A stretch of 64,000 nt of DNA from the human T2T-CHM13v2.0 reference genome, Homo sapiens (GCF_009914755.1 NC_060928.1), one strand, 5' to 3'; shown: positions 15,083 to 30,698, counted from the first letter of the stretch. The notes: generated by a model not told the origin, from the letters alone. Numbers and translations are program-made.

Positions 15083-15642
15083 TAATGCTCCCTCAGAGTT
15101 TCTGAAAAGGCTGCATTTTTTTCTCATGTTCACAAATTAGGGGTGTCTTTAGTCCCATGCTGTTAAATCTTCTAAGAATTCTCTCTTTTCTTTAGAGATC
15201 TCCCTTCAAGTTTACATGGACAGCCAATGTCCACTTTATCACTTATAAGGGGCTGCATGATCTGACTGCTGTTCCATTGCTTTTGCAGACATAGGAATAT
15301 TTGTGTTATTGAGGAGCTCTATGTTAATTTATTTTTTTCAAGTATTGTTTTTGCATCATGTCTAAAATATTTAAGGCAAGTAGTGGACGTATTAGGATTT
15401 GGGTCAGAAATCCCAGGAACACCAGAGACAGATGTTGCAGATTTTCTGCTTACTGATTTTTAATCCTATTGCAAATGTAATTCCACAAAAATTCTTTGCT
15501 AGCAATTTTTTCAGAACAATAAGCATTTTCCTAAATATGAAAAATGTTGATTGTACTTCAAAATGTTATTGTTTTAGTGTAAACTGAGATTTGTAATTTA
15601 AACTCTATATGTGTAAATGAAAAGTTATAATATAGTTTAAAG

Positions 15643-15832
15643 CATGGGTTTCCAACCTTTTGGCTTCCCTGGGCCACATTAGAAGCAGAATTGTCTTGGG
15701 CCACACATAAAATACACTAACACTAATGATACCTGATGAGCTTTAAAAGAAAAGTTCATGAATAGTTTTTATGATATCTACCACAACAGGTATGCAAAAT
15801 ATTCTTACATTCATAGGGTTGGACACCACTTG
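15643..15832 (+). mobile_element. MER30 DNA transposon
   Basis: ccaaccttttggcttccctgggccacatt...gggttggaca. Confidence 0.85.
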
Positions 15833-16122
15833 ATTAAAGTATCTACTCACCTTCTAGATTTCTTAAATGTACTGTCATAAACCAGCTTAGAACACTGCTA
15901 AATGTATATTATTATTTCTTAATAACTATTATCTTATAATTTTAGTAAGAAGCCTACTGGGATTCTGTTATTGAGATCTATCTGTATCTAAAAATGTGGG
16001 TCTCATGCATATACACACCTATATAATTTATATATGTGTATTGTAAATTCTCACTTAACATTGTTGATAGGTTCATGGAAACTGTAAATGAAGCAACATA
16101 TTCTTTAAAAAAAAATAATTTT

Positions 16123-16338
16123 GACTGGGCACGGTGACTCAAACCTGTAATCCCAGCACTTTGGGAGGCTGAGGTGGGCAAATCATGAGGTCAGGAGTGC
16201 AAGACCAGCCTGGCCAACATGGTGAAACCCCATCTCTACTAAAAATACAAAAAATTAGCTGGACATGGTGGCATGCACCTGTAATCCTAGCTACTCGGGA
16301 GGCTGAGGCAGGAGAATCGCTTGAACCCGGGAGGTGGA
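16123..16338 (+). mobile_element. 3'-truncated Alu
   Basis: Alu ends at gggaggtgga with no A tail. Confidence 0.9.
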
Positions 16339-16361
16339 ATTACCATAGTTTAATTGATAGA

Positions 16362-18177
16362 GCTCTCCCTCTCCCTCTCCCTCTCCCCACGGTCTTCCTC
16401 TCCCTCTTTCCACGGTCTCCCTCTGATGCCGAGCCGAAGCTGGACGGTACTGCTGCCATCTCGGCTCACTGCAACCTCCCTGCCTGATTCTCCTGCCTTA
16501 GCCTGCCGAATGCCTGCCATTGCAGGTGCGCGCCGCCACGCCTGACTGGTTTTCGTATTTTTTTGGTGGAGATGGGGTTTCGCTGTGTTGGCTGGGCTGG
16601 TCTCCAGCTCCTAACCGCGAGTGATCCGCCAGCCTCGGCCTCCCGAGGTGCCGGGATTGCAGATGGAGTCTCGTTCACTCAGTGCTCAATGGTGCCCAGG
16701 CTGGAGTGCAGTGGCGTGATCTCGGCTCGCTACAACCTCCACCTCCCAGCAGCCTGCCTTGGCCTCCCAAAGTGCCAAGATTGCAGCCTCTGCCCGGCCG
16801 CCACCCCGTCTGGGAAGTGAGGAGCATCTCCGCCTGGCCGCCCATCGTCTGGGATGTGAGGAGCCCCTCTGCCTGGCTGCCCAGTCTGGAAAGTGAGGAG
16901 CGTCTCTGCCCGGCCACCATCCCATCTAGGAAGTGAGGAGCGCCTCTTCCCGGCCGGCCACCATCACATCTGGGAAGTGAGGAGCCTCTCTGCCGGGCCG
17001 CCCATCGTCTGAGATGTGGGGAGCACCTCTGCCCTGCCGCCCCGTCCAGGATGTGAGGAGCGTCTCTGCCCGGCCGCCCCGTCTGAGAAGTGAGGAGACC
17101 CTCTGCCTGGCAACCGCCCTGTCTGAGAAGTGAGGAGCCCCTCTGCCCGGCAGCTGCCCCGTCTGAGAAGTGAGGAGCCCCTCCGCCCGGCAGCCACCTC
17201 GTCCGGGAGGGAGGTGGGGGGGGTCAGCCCCCCGCCTGGCCAGCCGCCCCATCCGGGAGGTGAGGGGCGCCTCTGCCCGGCCGCCCCTACTGGGAAGTGA
17301 GGAGCCCCTCTGCCTGGCCAGCCGCCCCGTCCGGGAGGGAGGTGGGGGGGTCAGCCCCCGCCCGGCCAGCCGCTCCGTCCGGGAGGGAGGTGGGGGAGTC
17401 AGCCCCCCGCCTGGCCAGCCGCCCCGTCCGGGAGGGAGGTGGGGGGGTCAGCCCCCCGCCTGGCCAGCCGCCCCGTCCGGGAGGGAGGTGGGGGGGTCAG
17501 CCCCCCGCCCGGCCAGTCGCCCCGTCCGGGAGGGAGGTGGAGGGGGTCAGCACCCCTCCCGGCCAGCCGCCCCATCCGGGAGGTGAGGGGCGCCTCTGCC
17601 CGGCCGCCCCTACTGGGAAGTGAGGAGCCCCTCTGCCCGGCCACCACCCCGTCTGGGAGTTGTACCCAACAGCTCATTGAGAACGGGCCATGATGACAAT
17701 GGCGGTTTTGTGGAATAGAAAGGGGGGAAAGGTGGGGAAAAGATTGAGAAGTCGGATGGTTGCCGTGTCTGTGTAGAAGGAGGTAGACATGGGAGACTTT
17801 TCATTTTGTTCTGTACTAAGAAAAATTCTTCTGCCTTGGGATCCTGTTGATCTGTGACCTTACCCCCAACCCTGTGCTCTCTGAAACATGTGCTGTATCC
17901 ACTCAGGGTTGAATGGCTTAAGGGCGGTGCAAGATGTGCTTTGTTTAACAGATGCTTGAAGGCAGCATGCTCCTTAAGAATCATCACCACTCCCTAATCT
18001 CAAGTACCCAGGGACACAAACACTGCGGAAGGCCGCAGGGTCCTCTGCCTAGGAAAACCAGACCTTTGTTCACTTGTTTATCTGCTGACCTTCCCTCCAC
18101 TATTGTCCTGTGACCCTGCCAAATCCCCCTCTGCGAGAAACACCCAAGAATGATCAATAAAAAAAAAAAAAAAAAAA
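16362..18177 (+). mobile_element. Full-length SVA retrotransposon
   Basis: (CCCTCT)n hexamer, antisense Alu-like region, GC-rich VNTR (~16790-17650), SINE-R, AATAAA plus poly-A; TSD ~ttgataga. Confidence 0.97.
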
Positions 18178-18467
18178 TTTGATAGAAACAAGTGTTATGT
18201 TTGAATGCATATAACAACATTGTTTTATTTAACGATGCAGTTTTCAAGAACCTATTTTGAACATTAACTGAGGACTTACTGTACTTCTGTGTTTGTGTGA
18301 CATGGATTTTTCTGATACATAAAAATGGCATAACTATATATTTAATGTGTACAATGTAATGATTTGATATGCATGTACATTGTGAAACAAAATACAGTCA
18401 AGTTGATGAACATATCTATTACCTCAAATTTTTTTTGTAGTAAGAACACTTAAGATCTACCGTTGTA

Positions 18468-18783
<316 letters not shown>

Positions 18784-18954
18784 TTACAGTATTACTAACT
18801 ATAAACACAATGCTATTTGGCTAATCTAATGCTAATTTACATTAGATTTCTCAGACTTGCTCAATTTATAACTAAAAATTTGTACTCTTTGAACAACATC
18901 GCCTCCTATTTCCACCCTCAGACACTAACAACCACTATTCTACACTCTGCTTCT

Positions 18955-19117
18955 GCTGGGCGTGGTGGCTCACACCTGTAATCCCAGCTCTCAGGGAGGC
19001 AGAGCTGGGAGGATAGCTTTAGCCCAGGAGTTTGAGACCTGCCTGGGCAATATAGCAAGACCCCGTGCTCCATAAAAAGAAAGAAAAAAAAAAGACAAAA
19101 AAATAATAAGTGTAACT
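18955..19117 (+). pseudogene. BC200 (BCYRN1) RNA retropseudogene
   Basis: BC200 diagnostics cagctctcagggagg, gagacctgcctgggcaatatagc, A-rich domain aaagacaaaaaa..taagtgtaact; 15-bp TSD ctacactctgcttct. Confidence 0.88.
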
Positions 19118-20510
19118 ACACTCTGCTTCTATGAGTTTATGTTTTTAGATTTCTCATCTAACTTAAAACAAGCAGTTTCTTTGTCTTTCTGTGTTTGGCT
19201 TATTTCATTTAGCATAATGTCCTCCAGGTCTGTCCCTGTTGTAAATGGCTAGATTTCCTTCTGTTGACGGCTGAATAGTATTCTGTGTATATATACACAC
19301 GCACCATATTTTGGCTATTGTAAACAACACTACAGTGAACATAGGGCTGAAGATATTTCATCAAGATAGAAATTTTATTTCCTTTGGTAGGATGCCCAGA
19401 AGTGGTATTGCTGGATTATACAGTATTTCTATTTTTATTTTTTACTGGTTTTTATGATGACTTTATTTATTTACATCTCACCAACAGCATACAGATTTCC
19501 CTTGTATGTATGTCTTCAATGGGAAAAAAAGTAACCTTTTGTCTATTCTTGAATGGGTTATTATCGTTGTTTTGCTTTGAATTCTAGAAGTTTTTTGTAT
19601 GTTTTGGATATTAACTTCTTGTTAGATATATGGCTTGCAAATATTTTCCTATGTTATAGGGTTTAAAAAAATTTTTTTCTTTGCTGTGCAGAAGCTGTTC
19701 GATTTGATGCAGTCCCACTTGTTTGTATTATTTGTTGCTATGCTTTGATCTCATCAAAAAAGTTAATGCCAAGACCAATATCAACAAAGTTTTTTTTTTT
19801 AATATGTTTTCTTCAGGAGTTTTAAGGTTTTATGTCTTACATTTAAGTCTTTCATTTTGAGTTAATTTTGGGGTATGGTATAAGAAAATATTTTACTTTT
19901 ATTCTTTCACTTGTGGATATCCAGTTTTTCTGGCACCATGTATTGACAAGACTGTATTTTCTGCATTGTATATTCTTAGTGGCCTTGTCAAAGATTAGTT
20001 GACCTTGTATTCCTGGTTTTGTTTCTGGGCTCCCTATTTTGTTCCATTGGTTTTTGTATTTGTCTTTACGCATATACCATACTCTTGATTATTATAACCT
20101 TTAAATAAAATTTGAAATTAGAGAGTATGATACCCTCGCATTGTTCTTTCTCAAGATTGCTCAGGTTATTTAAAGTTCTTTAAGGTTACACTTAAATTTT
20201 ACAATTGTGTTTTCTATTACTGTGAAAACTGCAACTAAAACTTTGATAGGGATCACATTGAATCTATAGATCATTTTGGATAATATGATACTTTGACAGT
20301 GTTAGTTATCCTAATGGAATATGTCTACATTTATTTGTGTCTACTTCAATTTCTGTCATCAATCTTATTGTATTTAATGTATAATTTTTTTATTGGTTAT
20401 ATTTATTTTAATTAAGTTTCTTATTTTTATACTATTGCAAGTGGAAATTGTTTCTTTTTTTGGAAAGTTTGTTGCTACTGTACGAAAATGCAAAAAATAT
20501 TTGTATGTTG

Positions 20511-20656
20511 GGCCAGGTGCAGTCTCTCATTTCTGTAATCCCTGCCCTTTCAGAGTCCAAGGCAGGTGGGTCACTTGAGGACGGGAGTTTGAGATGAGTC
20601 TGGACAGTGCAGTGAGACCCTGTCTCCAAAAAAAAAAAAAAAAAAAGAAAAAAAAA
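20511..20656 (+). mobile_element. Alu monomer (FLAM-like)
   Basis: Single left-arm-like unit with A tail; TSD tattt(g/t)tatgttg. Confidence 0.8.
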
Positions 20657-21599
20657 CCCACAAGTATTTTTATGTTGATTATGTATCTTGATACTTTAAT
20701 GAATGCATTTACTAGTTCAAACAATTTTTGTTGTTTTACTCTAGGGTTATAATATATATATGCATGATCTTATTACCTACAAACAGTAACATTTTTACTT
20801 CTTTTCCAAGCTGGAGAGCTTTGTTCTCCTTTTCCTTGCCCAATTGTTCTGAAAGAAACTTCCAGAAATATGTTAAGGAAGCTGTGGCCCTGGAGGCAGG
20901 CCTGCAGATCTTGGCCTCAGCTGTGGTCTCTGAAGCAGCCCTGTGCCTGTGCATTTGAAGAATCTAACAAGGGTTTCTATAAACTATTTTTGACGGGTAA
21001 AGATTGTCATGCGCGTCCGTGTGAAGAGAGTCCACCAACAGGCTTTGTGTGAGCAACAAGACTGTTTATTTCACCTGGGTGCGGGTGGGCTAAGTCTGAA
21101 AAAGGAGTCAGCAAAGGGTGGTGGGATTATCATTATTTCTTATAGGTTTGGGATAGGCATACAAAGTACCTTCTTAAGGGTGGTATGGGGGAGAATATTA
21201 CAAAGTACCTTCTTAAGGGCAGGGGAGAATATATGTATCAGGGTGGGGCAGGAACAAATCACAATGGTGGAATGTCATCATTTAAGGCTATTTTCACTTC
21301 TTTTGTGGATCTTCAGTTGCTTCGGGCCATCTGGATGTATACATGCAGGTCACAGGGGATATGATGGCTTAGCTTGGGCTTAGAGACCCGACATTCCTGT
21401 CTTCTTATATTAATAAGAAAAGGAAAACAAAATAGTGGTGAAGTGTTGGAGCGGCAAAAAATTTTGGGGGTGGTATGGAAAGATAATGGGTGATGTTTCT
21501 CAGGGCTGCTTCGAACGGGATTAGGGGTGGCGTGGGAACCTACAGTGGGAGAGATTCAACCGAAGAAAGATTTTGGGTTAAGGGGTGATATTGTGGGGT

Positions 21600-23309
21600 A
21601 GTTAGAAGGAGCATTTCTTGTATAGAATTATTGGTCATGGCCTGGATGCGGTTTTGTGTGAATTGAGAAACTAAACGAAAGACACAAGGCCGAGTAAAAG
21701 GAGGAGAAAAATAGGTATTAAAGGACTAAGAATTGGGAGTACCTAGGACGTCCAATTAGAGAGTGTCCAGGGGGGGTCAACGTTATCGTTTGCTTGGTTG
21801 GTGAGTTTTTGGACTCTATCCTTGAGTTTTTTTATGTTGTCATATACCAGGCCAGATTGATTTAGGTAAAAACAACACTCTTCATTTAAAAATATACAAA
21901 GTCCTCCTTTTTCAGCAGTGAATAAATTGAGGCCTCAGCAGTTCTGGAGGACAACTGCAGCTAAAGAGTCAACTAGGGCTTGGAGAACAGACAAACTTTG
22001 TGATATGTCTGTAATGCTAGCAGAGAAGTCATTAGAGAGGCTGCAGAATGTTGTGACAGAGGTTAAGATGCCTGCTATTCCAGTTCCAAGTGCAATAGTG
22101 GAGGCAGAAAGTCTTAGACCCACAAGTAAAGGGATTAGTGGGATGACTCTTTTTTTGTCATGTTGGTGTCATGAGAGGGACAGGCAGTTTTTCGTTCCCA
22201 TCTGCAAACTGGATTTGGGGGGTAAGGAAGACTAGAGTACATGTGCCTGTCCAGTTGGCAGGTAGGCACATGTAGGTGGAAGAGCCACATAAAAAGAAGA
22301 GACCTTGTGTCAGGCAGAACTGGAAATGTAAAGTGAAAAGGTGAGAGGGTGTACTGAAAGAGGAATCCTGCACCTAAAATCCTAGAGATCCAGCAAGGGC
22401 AGCAGCCATTAGAGGTTGTAATGGGGATTGATGGTGCAACTGTGTAGAGGGAGGGGTTTGGTTTTCATGGTGTATGAGAAAGCGCATAGTGTCTACAAGT
22501 AACCTTTCACTGCTATTCATGGGGCTGGGTATAAACAAGCAAGAGGAGGGGCTAGGAGGAGATTCAGATGAGCAGGGGGAGGGTAGCCAAGGATGGAGTG
22601 AGATGCAGGGTAGGTGTCTTCCTAAACAATAGTGACTGCCAATGCTTTTTAGTTTGTAACGATAGAGGGCTTATCAGTAATGCAAAGTTGGAATGCTCCC
22701 ATCCGTTTGGTAATGTGTGTGGCTGGGTTCTGGAGATAAAGAGTAAAGGAATATTTGGACAGTGGAAGGTTGCCTGCAGGGATTCCAGTAGGCTGTTGTT
22801 GGGAGATGCGTAACGGAGCGGCAACAGGGATAATTGTTTGTGAGGTTAGGGGTCCAAATATGGGTGGGGGTGGAATTGACATAAGGAGAAAGGTGCTATA
22901 AGTAGATGCGGAGAAGTGTGGCAGACAGCTTGTTGGTGTGAAATGTCTGAGGAGTTCTCACCAAATCTGTCTAGAAAGTAAAGAAGTTCCCCAGGTGCGT
23001 AAATATGAGTGCTATCGAAGGAGGTTCGGAGGTGCAGGGAGACGGGAGAGGTAGCCCAATCGGCCTGTAGAGCGGGGTGGCTGTGTAAGAGCAGGAAGAA
23101 AGGGAAACACATAGCCAACAATTCTTTGCTAGAGAAGGATTGGAGGCAGTGAGGAGAGAGTGGGTGAAATTGACAGTATGCTGGAGGCAATTTGGGAGAG
23201 GTAAAGAGTGGCATAAGAATGGGAATGACAATAAGAGTGAGTATAAAAGTAAAGAATAGAACTTCATCAGGGTGGAAGTATTGGAGGGTGCCCTGTCAGC
23301 AAAGATCAT
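21600..23309 (-). pseudogene. HERV-H env (disrupted)
   Basis: MIFADRAPSNTSTLMKFYSLLLYS..CWLC; fusion peptide ALGTGIAGI; ISD LAAVVLQNC*GLN..AEKGGLC..EECC; frameshifts. Confidence 0.9.
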
Positions 23310-24644
23310 CTATCCAGTCCAAGAGGGAGTCAAGAGTGGTGGTTTGGGGATAACACCAGGAGTTATCAGCTGTGAAGTCTTGGCAAAACAATGTAAACTG
23401 GCAGTGTAAACAAGAGCAGGTCATTTATGAGTAGTTGAGAATGGTGAATAGGAGTATGACTAGACAGAAGATAGCAGGGATGACAAGTTTTTGGGGTGTA
23501 GTCCAAGTAGTGGGGATGACTGCATAAAGCCCTGTTGCAAAGAGTAGGGTAAGGATGGATACACCTAACAGAATGAAGGGATGTATTAGGCTCATAAGGG
23601 TTATTATTATTCTTCAGAAATGCGAGTGAGTTTAAGGGAAGTAGGGGAGAGTACTTGTGACTTCCAGGAGGAAGAGGAGATATCAGGCTGGCTGGCTGAT
23701 GGACACAGCTTTATTCTGGAATGGTGAACCCAATGGGGAGGGTCCTGCAGGTGGACGGCAGTTGGGGTACTATAGATGACTAAGTAGGGTCCAGTCCATT
23801 GAGGTGGTAGAGTTTGAGGGGTCAGAATCTTAACAAGAACTGATCGTCCAGCTAGGGTGTCTTTATATCGCTGGGAATCTGGAGTGGGCAAGAGAAGATT
23901 AGCAGCCTGGCGAATTTCATGTCTAGCCTGCTGGAGGACTGGAAGATAGTTGTCTAGAGGGCTGGTGTCTGGGACAAGGTTTGGGCCAAGTAAGAATGTG
24001 CGTCCATATAAAAATTCAAATGGACTGTGCCCGGTAGCATCTCGAGGACAGTTTCTAATTCTGAGAAGGGCAAGAGGTAAAAGTACTGTCCACTCCTTTT
24101 TAAGTTGGAGGCTGAGTTTGGTAAGGTGTGTATTTAAAAGACCATTAGTCCATTTTACCTTTCCTGAAGATTGAGGACGGTAAGGGGTATGAAGTTTCCA
24201 CTGAATACCAAGAGTCTGAGAAACTGCTTTGGTGATTTGACTAATAAAGGCCTGTTATTGGACTGTATAGAGGTGGGAAGGCCAAACTGAGGAACTGTCT
24301 GACAAAAGGGAAGAAATGACCATGGTGGCCTTCTCAGACCCTGTGGGAAAGGCCTCTACCCATCCAGTGAAAGTATCTCCCCAGACCAAGAGGTATTTTA
24401 GTTTCCTGACTCGAGGCATGTGAGTAAAGTCAATTTGCCAGTCCTGGGCGGGGGTAAATCCCTGAGCTTGATGTGTAGGGAAGGGAGGGGGCCTGAACAA
24501 TCCCTGAGGGGTAGTAGAATAGCAGATGGAACACTGAGAACTGATTTCCTTGAGGATAGAGTTCCATGATGGAAAGGAAATGAGAAGTTCCAAGAGGCGG
24601 GCTAGCAGCTTGTAACCTACGTGGAAGAGGTTATGAAATGATGA

Positions 24645-25916
24645 TGTGTCCGGAATTGGTGGGTTCTTGGTCTCACTGACTTCAAGAATGAAGCCGCGGA
24701 CGCTTGCGGTGAGTGTTATAGTTCTTAAAGGCAGCATGTCCGAGTTTGTTCGTTCTGATATTCGGTTGTGTTTGGAGTTTCTTCCTTCTGGTGGGTTCAT
24801 GGTCTCGGTGGCTTCAGGAGTGAAGCTGCAGACCTTCGCGGTGAGTGTTACAGCTTATAAAGGCAGTGTGGACCCAAAGAGTGAGAAGCAGCAAGATTTA
24901 TTGCAAAGAGGGAAAGAACAAAACTTCCACAGTGTGGAAGGGGACCCGAGCAGGTTGCCACTGCTGGCTCGGGCAGCCTGCTTTTATTCTCTTATCTGGC
25001 CCCACCCACATCCTGCTGATGGTCCATTTTACGGAGAGCTGATTGGTCTGTTTTACAGAGAGTTGATTGGTCCATTTTGACAGAGTGCTGATTGGTGCGT
25101 TTACAATCCCTGAGCTAAACACAAAAGTTTTCCATGTCCCCACTAGATTAGCTAGATACAGAAGGTCGATTGATGTATTTACAAACCCTGAGGTAGACAC
25201 AGAGTGCTGATTGGTGCATTTACAAACCTTGAGCTAGATACAGAGTGCCGATTGGTGTATTTACAATCCCTTAGCTAGACATAAATGTTCTCCAAGTCCC
25301 CACCAGACTCAGGAGCCCAGCTGGCTTCACCCAGTGGATCCCGCGCCGGGGCTGCAGGTGGAGCTGCCTGCCAGTCCCACGCCGTGTGTCCGCACTCTTC
25401 AGCCCTTGGGTGGTCAATGGGACTGGGCGCTGTGGAGCAGGGGGCGGCACTGATTGGGGAGGCTCGGGCCACGTAGGAGCCCATCGCTGGGGGGGTGGAG
25501 GCTCAGGCATGGTGGGCCGCAGGTCCTGAGCCCTGCCCCGCGGGGAGGAAGCTAAGGCCCAGCGAGAAGTCGAGCACAGCAGCTACTGGCCCAGGTGCTA
25601 AGCCCCTCACTGCCTGGGGCTGGCGGGGCCAGCCGGCTGCTCTAAGTGCAGGGCCCGCTGAGCCCACGTCCACCCAGAACTCACACTGGCCCGCAAGCCC
25701 TGTGCGCAGCCACAGTTCCCGCCCACGCCTCTCCCTCCACACCTCCCAGCAAGCTGAGGGAGTCGGCTCCGGCCTTGGCCAGCCCAGAAAGGGGCTCCCA
25801 CGGTGTAGCGGCAGGCCGAAGGGCTTCTCAAGTACAGCCAGAGTGGGTGCCAAGGCTGGGGAGGCACCGAGAGCAAGCGAGGGCTGCGAGGGCTGCCAGC
25901 ACGCTGTCACCTCTCA
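24645..25916 (-). mobile_element. Solo LTR12 (ERV9; LTR12C/D-like) nested in HERV-H integrase
   Basis: Starts TGAGAGGTGACAGCGTGCTGGCAG on minus strand, CpG-rich U3, tandem CCAAT repeats (25018-25260); 4-bp TSD atga. Confidence 0.95.
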
Positions 25917-27372
25917 ATGATAGAATAGAATGGGCCTTTGAGGCTGGAAGGAGACATTTTCCTTGGTCCAAGAACCATTTGACTTGTGTGGGAAGAGATT
26001 AGATTGATAGGCGGAAGTTTCAGTGGGAGTATAGGTGGGAGTGACCGATGAGGAGAAAAACTGGCCATAAGGGACAGAAGTTGGAATGCTAGCTGCTTCT
26101 TTAGCTACCTTATCAGCATAAGCATTGCCCTGAGTGATGTGATCTGATGCCTTTTGATGGCCCTTGCAGTGAATGACTCCAGCTTCCTTTGGAAGGAAAG
26201 TGTCTTTGAGAAGAGTTTTTATTAAAGAGGCATTAATGATGTAGGACCCTTGCATAGCGAGGAAACCTCTTTCACCCCATATAACAGCATGTTGGTGCAG
26301 GATATGGAAGGCATATTTAGAGTCAGTATAAATATTGACATGTAATTCCTTGGCAAGAGTGAGGGCTCAAGTTAAGGCAAAGAGTTCAGTTTGCTGAGAG
26401 ATAGTGGAGGGGGCAGAGTGGTAGCCTCAATGATAGATGTGGAAGATACTATAGCATAGCCTGCCTTTGCTGTTGAGTGGCAATTAGGCCTGGTGGAACT
26501 GCCATCAATAAACCAAGTGTGATCAGGGTGAGGAACAGGAAAGAAGGAAATATGGGGAAATGGAGTGAATGTGAGGTGGATCAGAGAGATACAGTAATGG
26601 GGGTCAGGTGTGGTATCTGGAATAATGTGGGAGGCCGGATTGAAGTCTCGGCCAGGAACAATGGTATTTGTGGGAGACTCAACAAAGACTGAGTATAGCT
26701 GAAGGAGCTGGGGGGCAGAAAGTATATGTGTCAAGCGTGAGGAGGAAAATAGATTTTGAAAGTTATGGGAACTGTAGAGAGTAAGTGGAGCATAGCTTGT
26801 GATTTTGAGGGCCTCTAAAAGTATTAAAGCAGCGGCAGCCACTGCACACAGACATGAGGGCTATGCTAAAAAAGTAAGGTCAAGTTGTTTGGATAGAAAC
26901 GCTACAGGGCGCGGTCCCGGCTCTCGTGTAAGAATTCTGACCACACATCCCTGCAGTTTGGCTGTGTGTAATGAAAAATGTTGGGATGAGTTAGGCAGAG
27001 CTATGTGGGAGCAGCTTTTAGGGCTGTTTTTTAAGGAATGGAAAGAGGAGTGGGGAAAGGATTTAGGATTTGTGGGGTCAGCTAGGTTTATCTAGAACAG
27101 AATAATGGGTTGTGGAGGGAGGTACTGAGGATAGGAGAGCATATGGGTTTGGCACCACGGGGTGGATAGGCAAGACAATTTGATTGATAAGGCGCAGATC
27201 CTGAACTAACCTGTAAGACTTGTCTGGTTTTTGGACAGGTAAAATGGGAGAATTGTAAGGAGAGTTTATAGGCTTTAAAAGGCCATGCTGTAACAGGCGA
27301 GTGATAACAGACTTTAATCCTTTTAAAGTGTGCTGTGGGATGGGACATTGGTGTTGAGCGGGGTAAGGGTGA

Positions 27373-27668
<296 letters not shown>

Positions 27669-28099
27669 GGGTGATTAGGTTTTAATGGGATAGCAACAGG
27701 TGTGCGATCAGTTGCCATGGAGGGAGTGGAGGTGTCCCATACTTGTGGGTTAAGGTTGGGGCTTTACGAGAGGAAGACGCGAAGGAGGCTTTGGGTTGGG
27801 AAGAAGGGTGGCAATGAGATGTGGCTGTAGTCCAGGAATAATCAGGGAAGCAGATAATTTGGTTAAAATGTCTCAGCCTAATAAGGGAACTGGGCAGGTG
27901 GGGATAACTAAAAAAGAGTGCATAAAAGAATGTTGTCCAAGTTGGCACCAGAGGGGGGAAGTTTTAAGGGGTTTCGAAGCTTGCCATTAATACCCACAAC
28001 AATTATGGGGGCAAGGGAAACAGGCCCTTGAAAAGAAGGTAATGTGGAGTGGGTAGCCCCCGTATTGATTAAACAGGGGACGGACTTAACCCTCCACTG

Positions 28100-29747
<1,648 letters not shown>

Positions 29748-30698
29748 AATGAAGGAGGTAAGTTTAAAGAGAAAGGTAGAGACAAAGAGAAGAGGGTGGG
29801 TGAGCAGCCCTGGGCTGCAATGTGGGTGAGCAGCCAAGCAGGTGTCCCCGCAATTGACTTGCCACCAAGGGAATGTGGGTGAATGACCAAGGCAGGCATC
29901 CCTGCGGTTATCAGACACCAATGGAATGTGGGTGAATAATCAGGCAGGCATCCCCATAACGATTAAACATCAAGGGAAGACTGTCTTCCTGAGTCTGTGA
30001 CCGGCGCCAGAGTTTTGGGTCCACAGATAAAATATGTCTCCTTTGTCTCTACTAGAGAGGAAAAAGAACTGGAATTGGAAGGACAGGGAGATTGAAGGGT
30101 AGCGAGAGAGGAAGATTGAAGTGTAGTGAGAGAGGCTAGAGAAGAGTGAAGACTGCTTACCTGATTTGAAATTGATGAGATGTTCCTTGGGCTGGTTGGT
30201 CTGAGGACCTGAGGTTATAGATGGATCTCCTCACAGAGTGAGGGCGAGAACAGGGGACTGGTCTCCCAAAGGAGTCCCTCTGACCTGGGTCCTTGGCACC
30301 AAATGTCAGGCGTGTCCATATGAAGAGAGTCCACCAACAGGCTTGTGTGAGCAACAAGGCTGTTTATTTCACCTGGGTGCAGATGGGCTGAGGCCAAAAA
30401 AGGAGTCAGCAAAGGGTGGTGGGATTATCATTAGTTCTTACAGGTTTGGGATAGGCATACAAAGTACCGTCTTAAGGGCGGGGTGGGGGAGAATATTACA
30501 AAGTACCTTCTTAAGGGTTGGGGGAGAATATATCAGTTAGGGTGGGGGCAGGAACAAATCACAATGATGGAATGTCATCAGTTAAGGCTATTTTCACTTC
30601 TTTTGTGGATCTTCAGTTGCTTCAGGCCATCTGGATGTATACATGCAGGTCACAGGGGATATGATGGCTTAGCTTGGGCTCAGAGGCCTGACAAAGAT

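Larger units (their letters stand above)
16040..18281. mobile_element. MER6-like (TcMar-Tigger) element split by Alu and SVA
   Basis: Termini gtaaattctcacttaac... and ...tgaggacttactg; internal ttaccatag..aattgata. Confidence 0.55.

Noticed and set aside
16790-17650. Regular GC-rich repeat array and Pro/Gly/Arg-rich ORFs (CRISPR-like spacing)
   Set aside because: SVA VNTR; tandem units with no unique spacers
21600-23309. Possible intact HERV-H Env gene
   Set aside because: Split into several frames, with a stop in the ISD
25018-25280. Tandem gctgattggt repeats
   Set aside because: Normal CCAAT/NF-Y repeats of LTR12 U3
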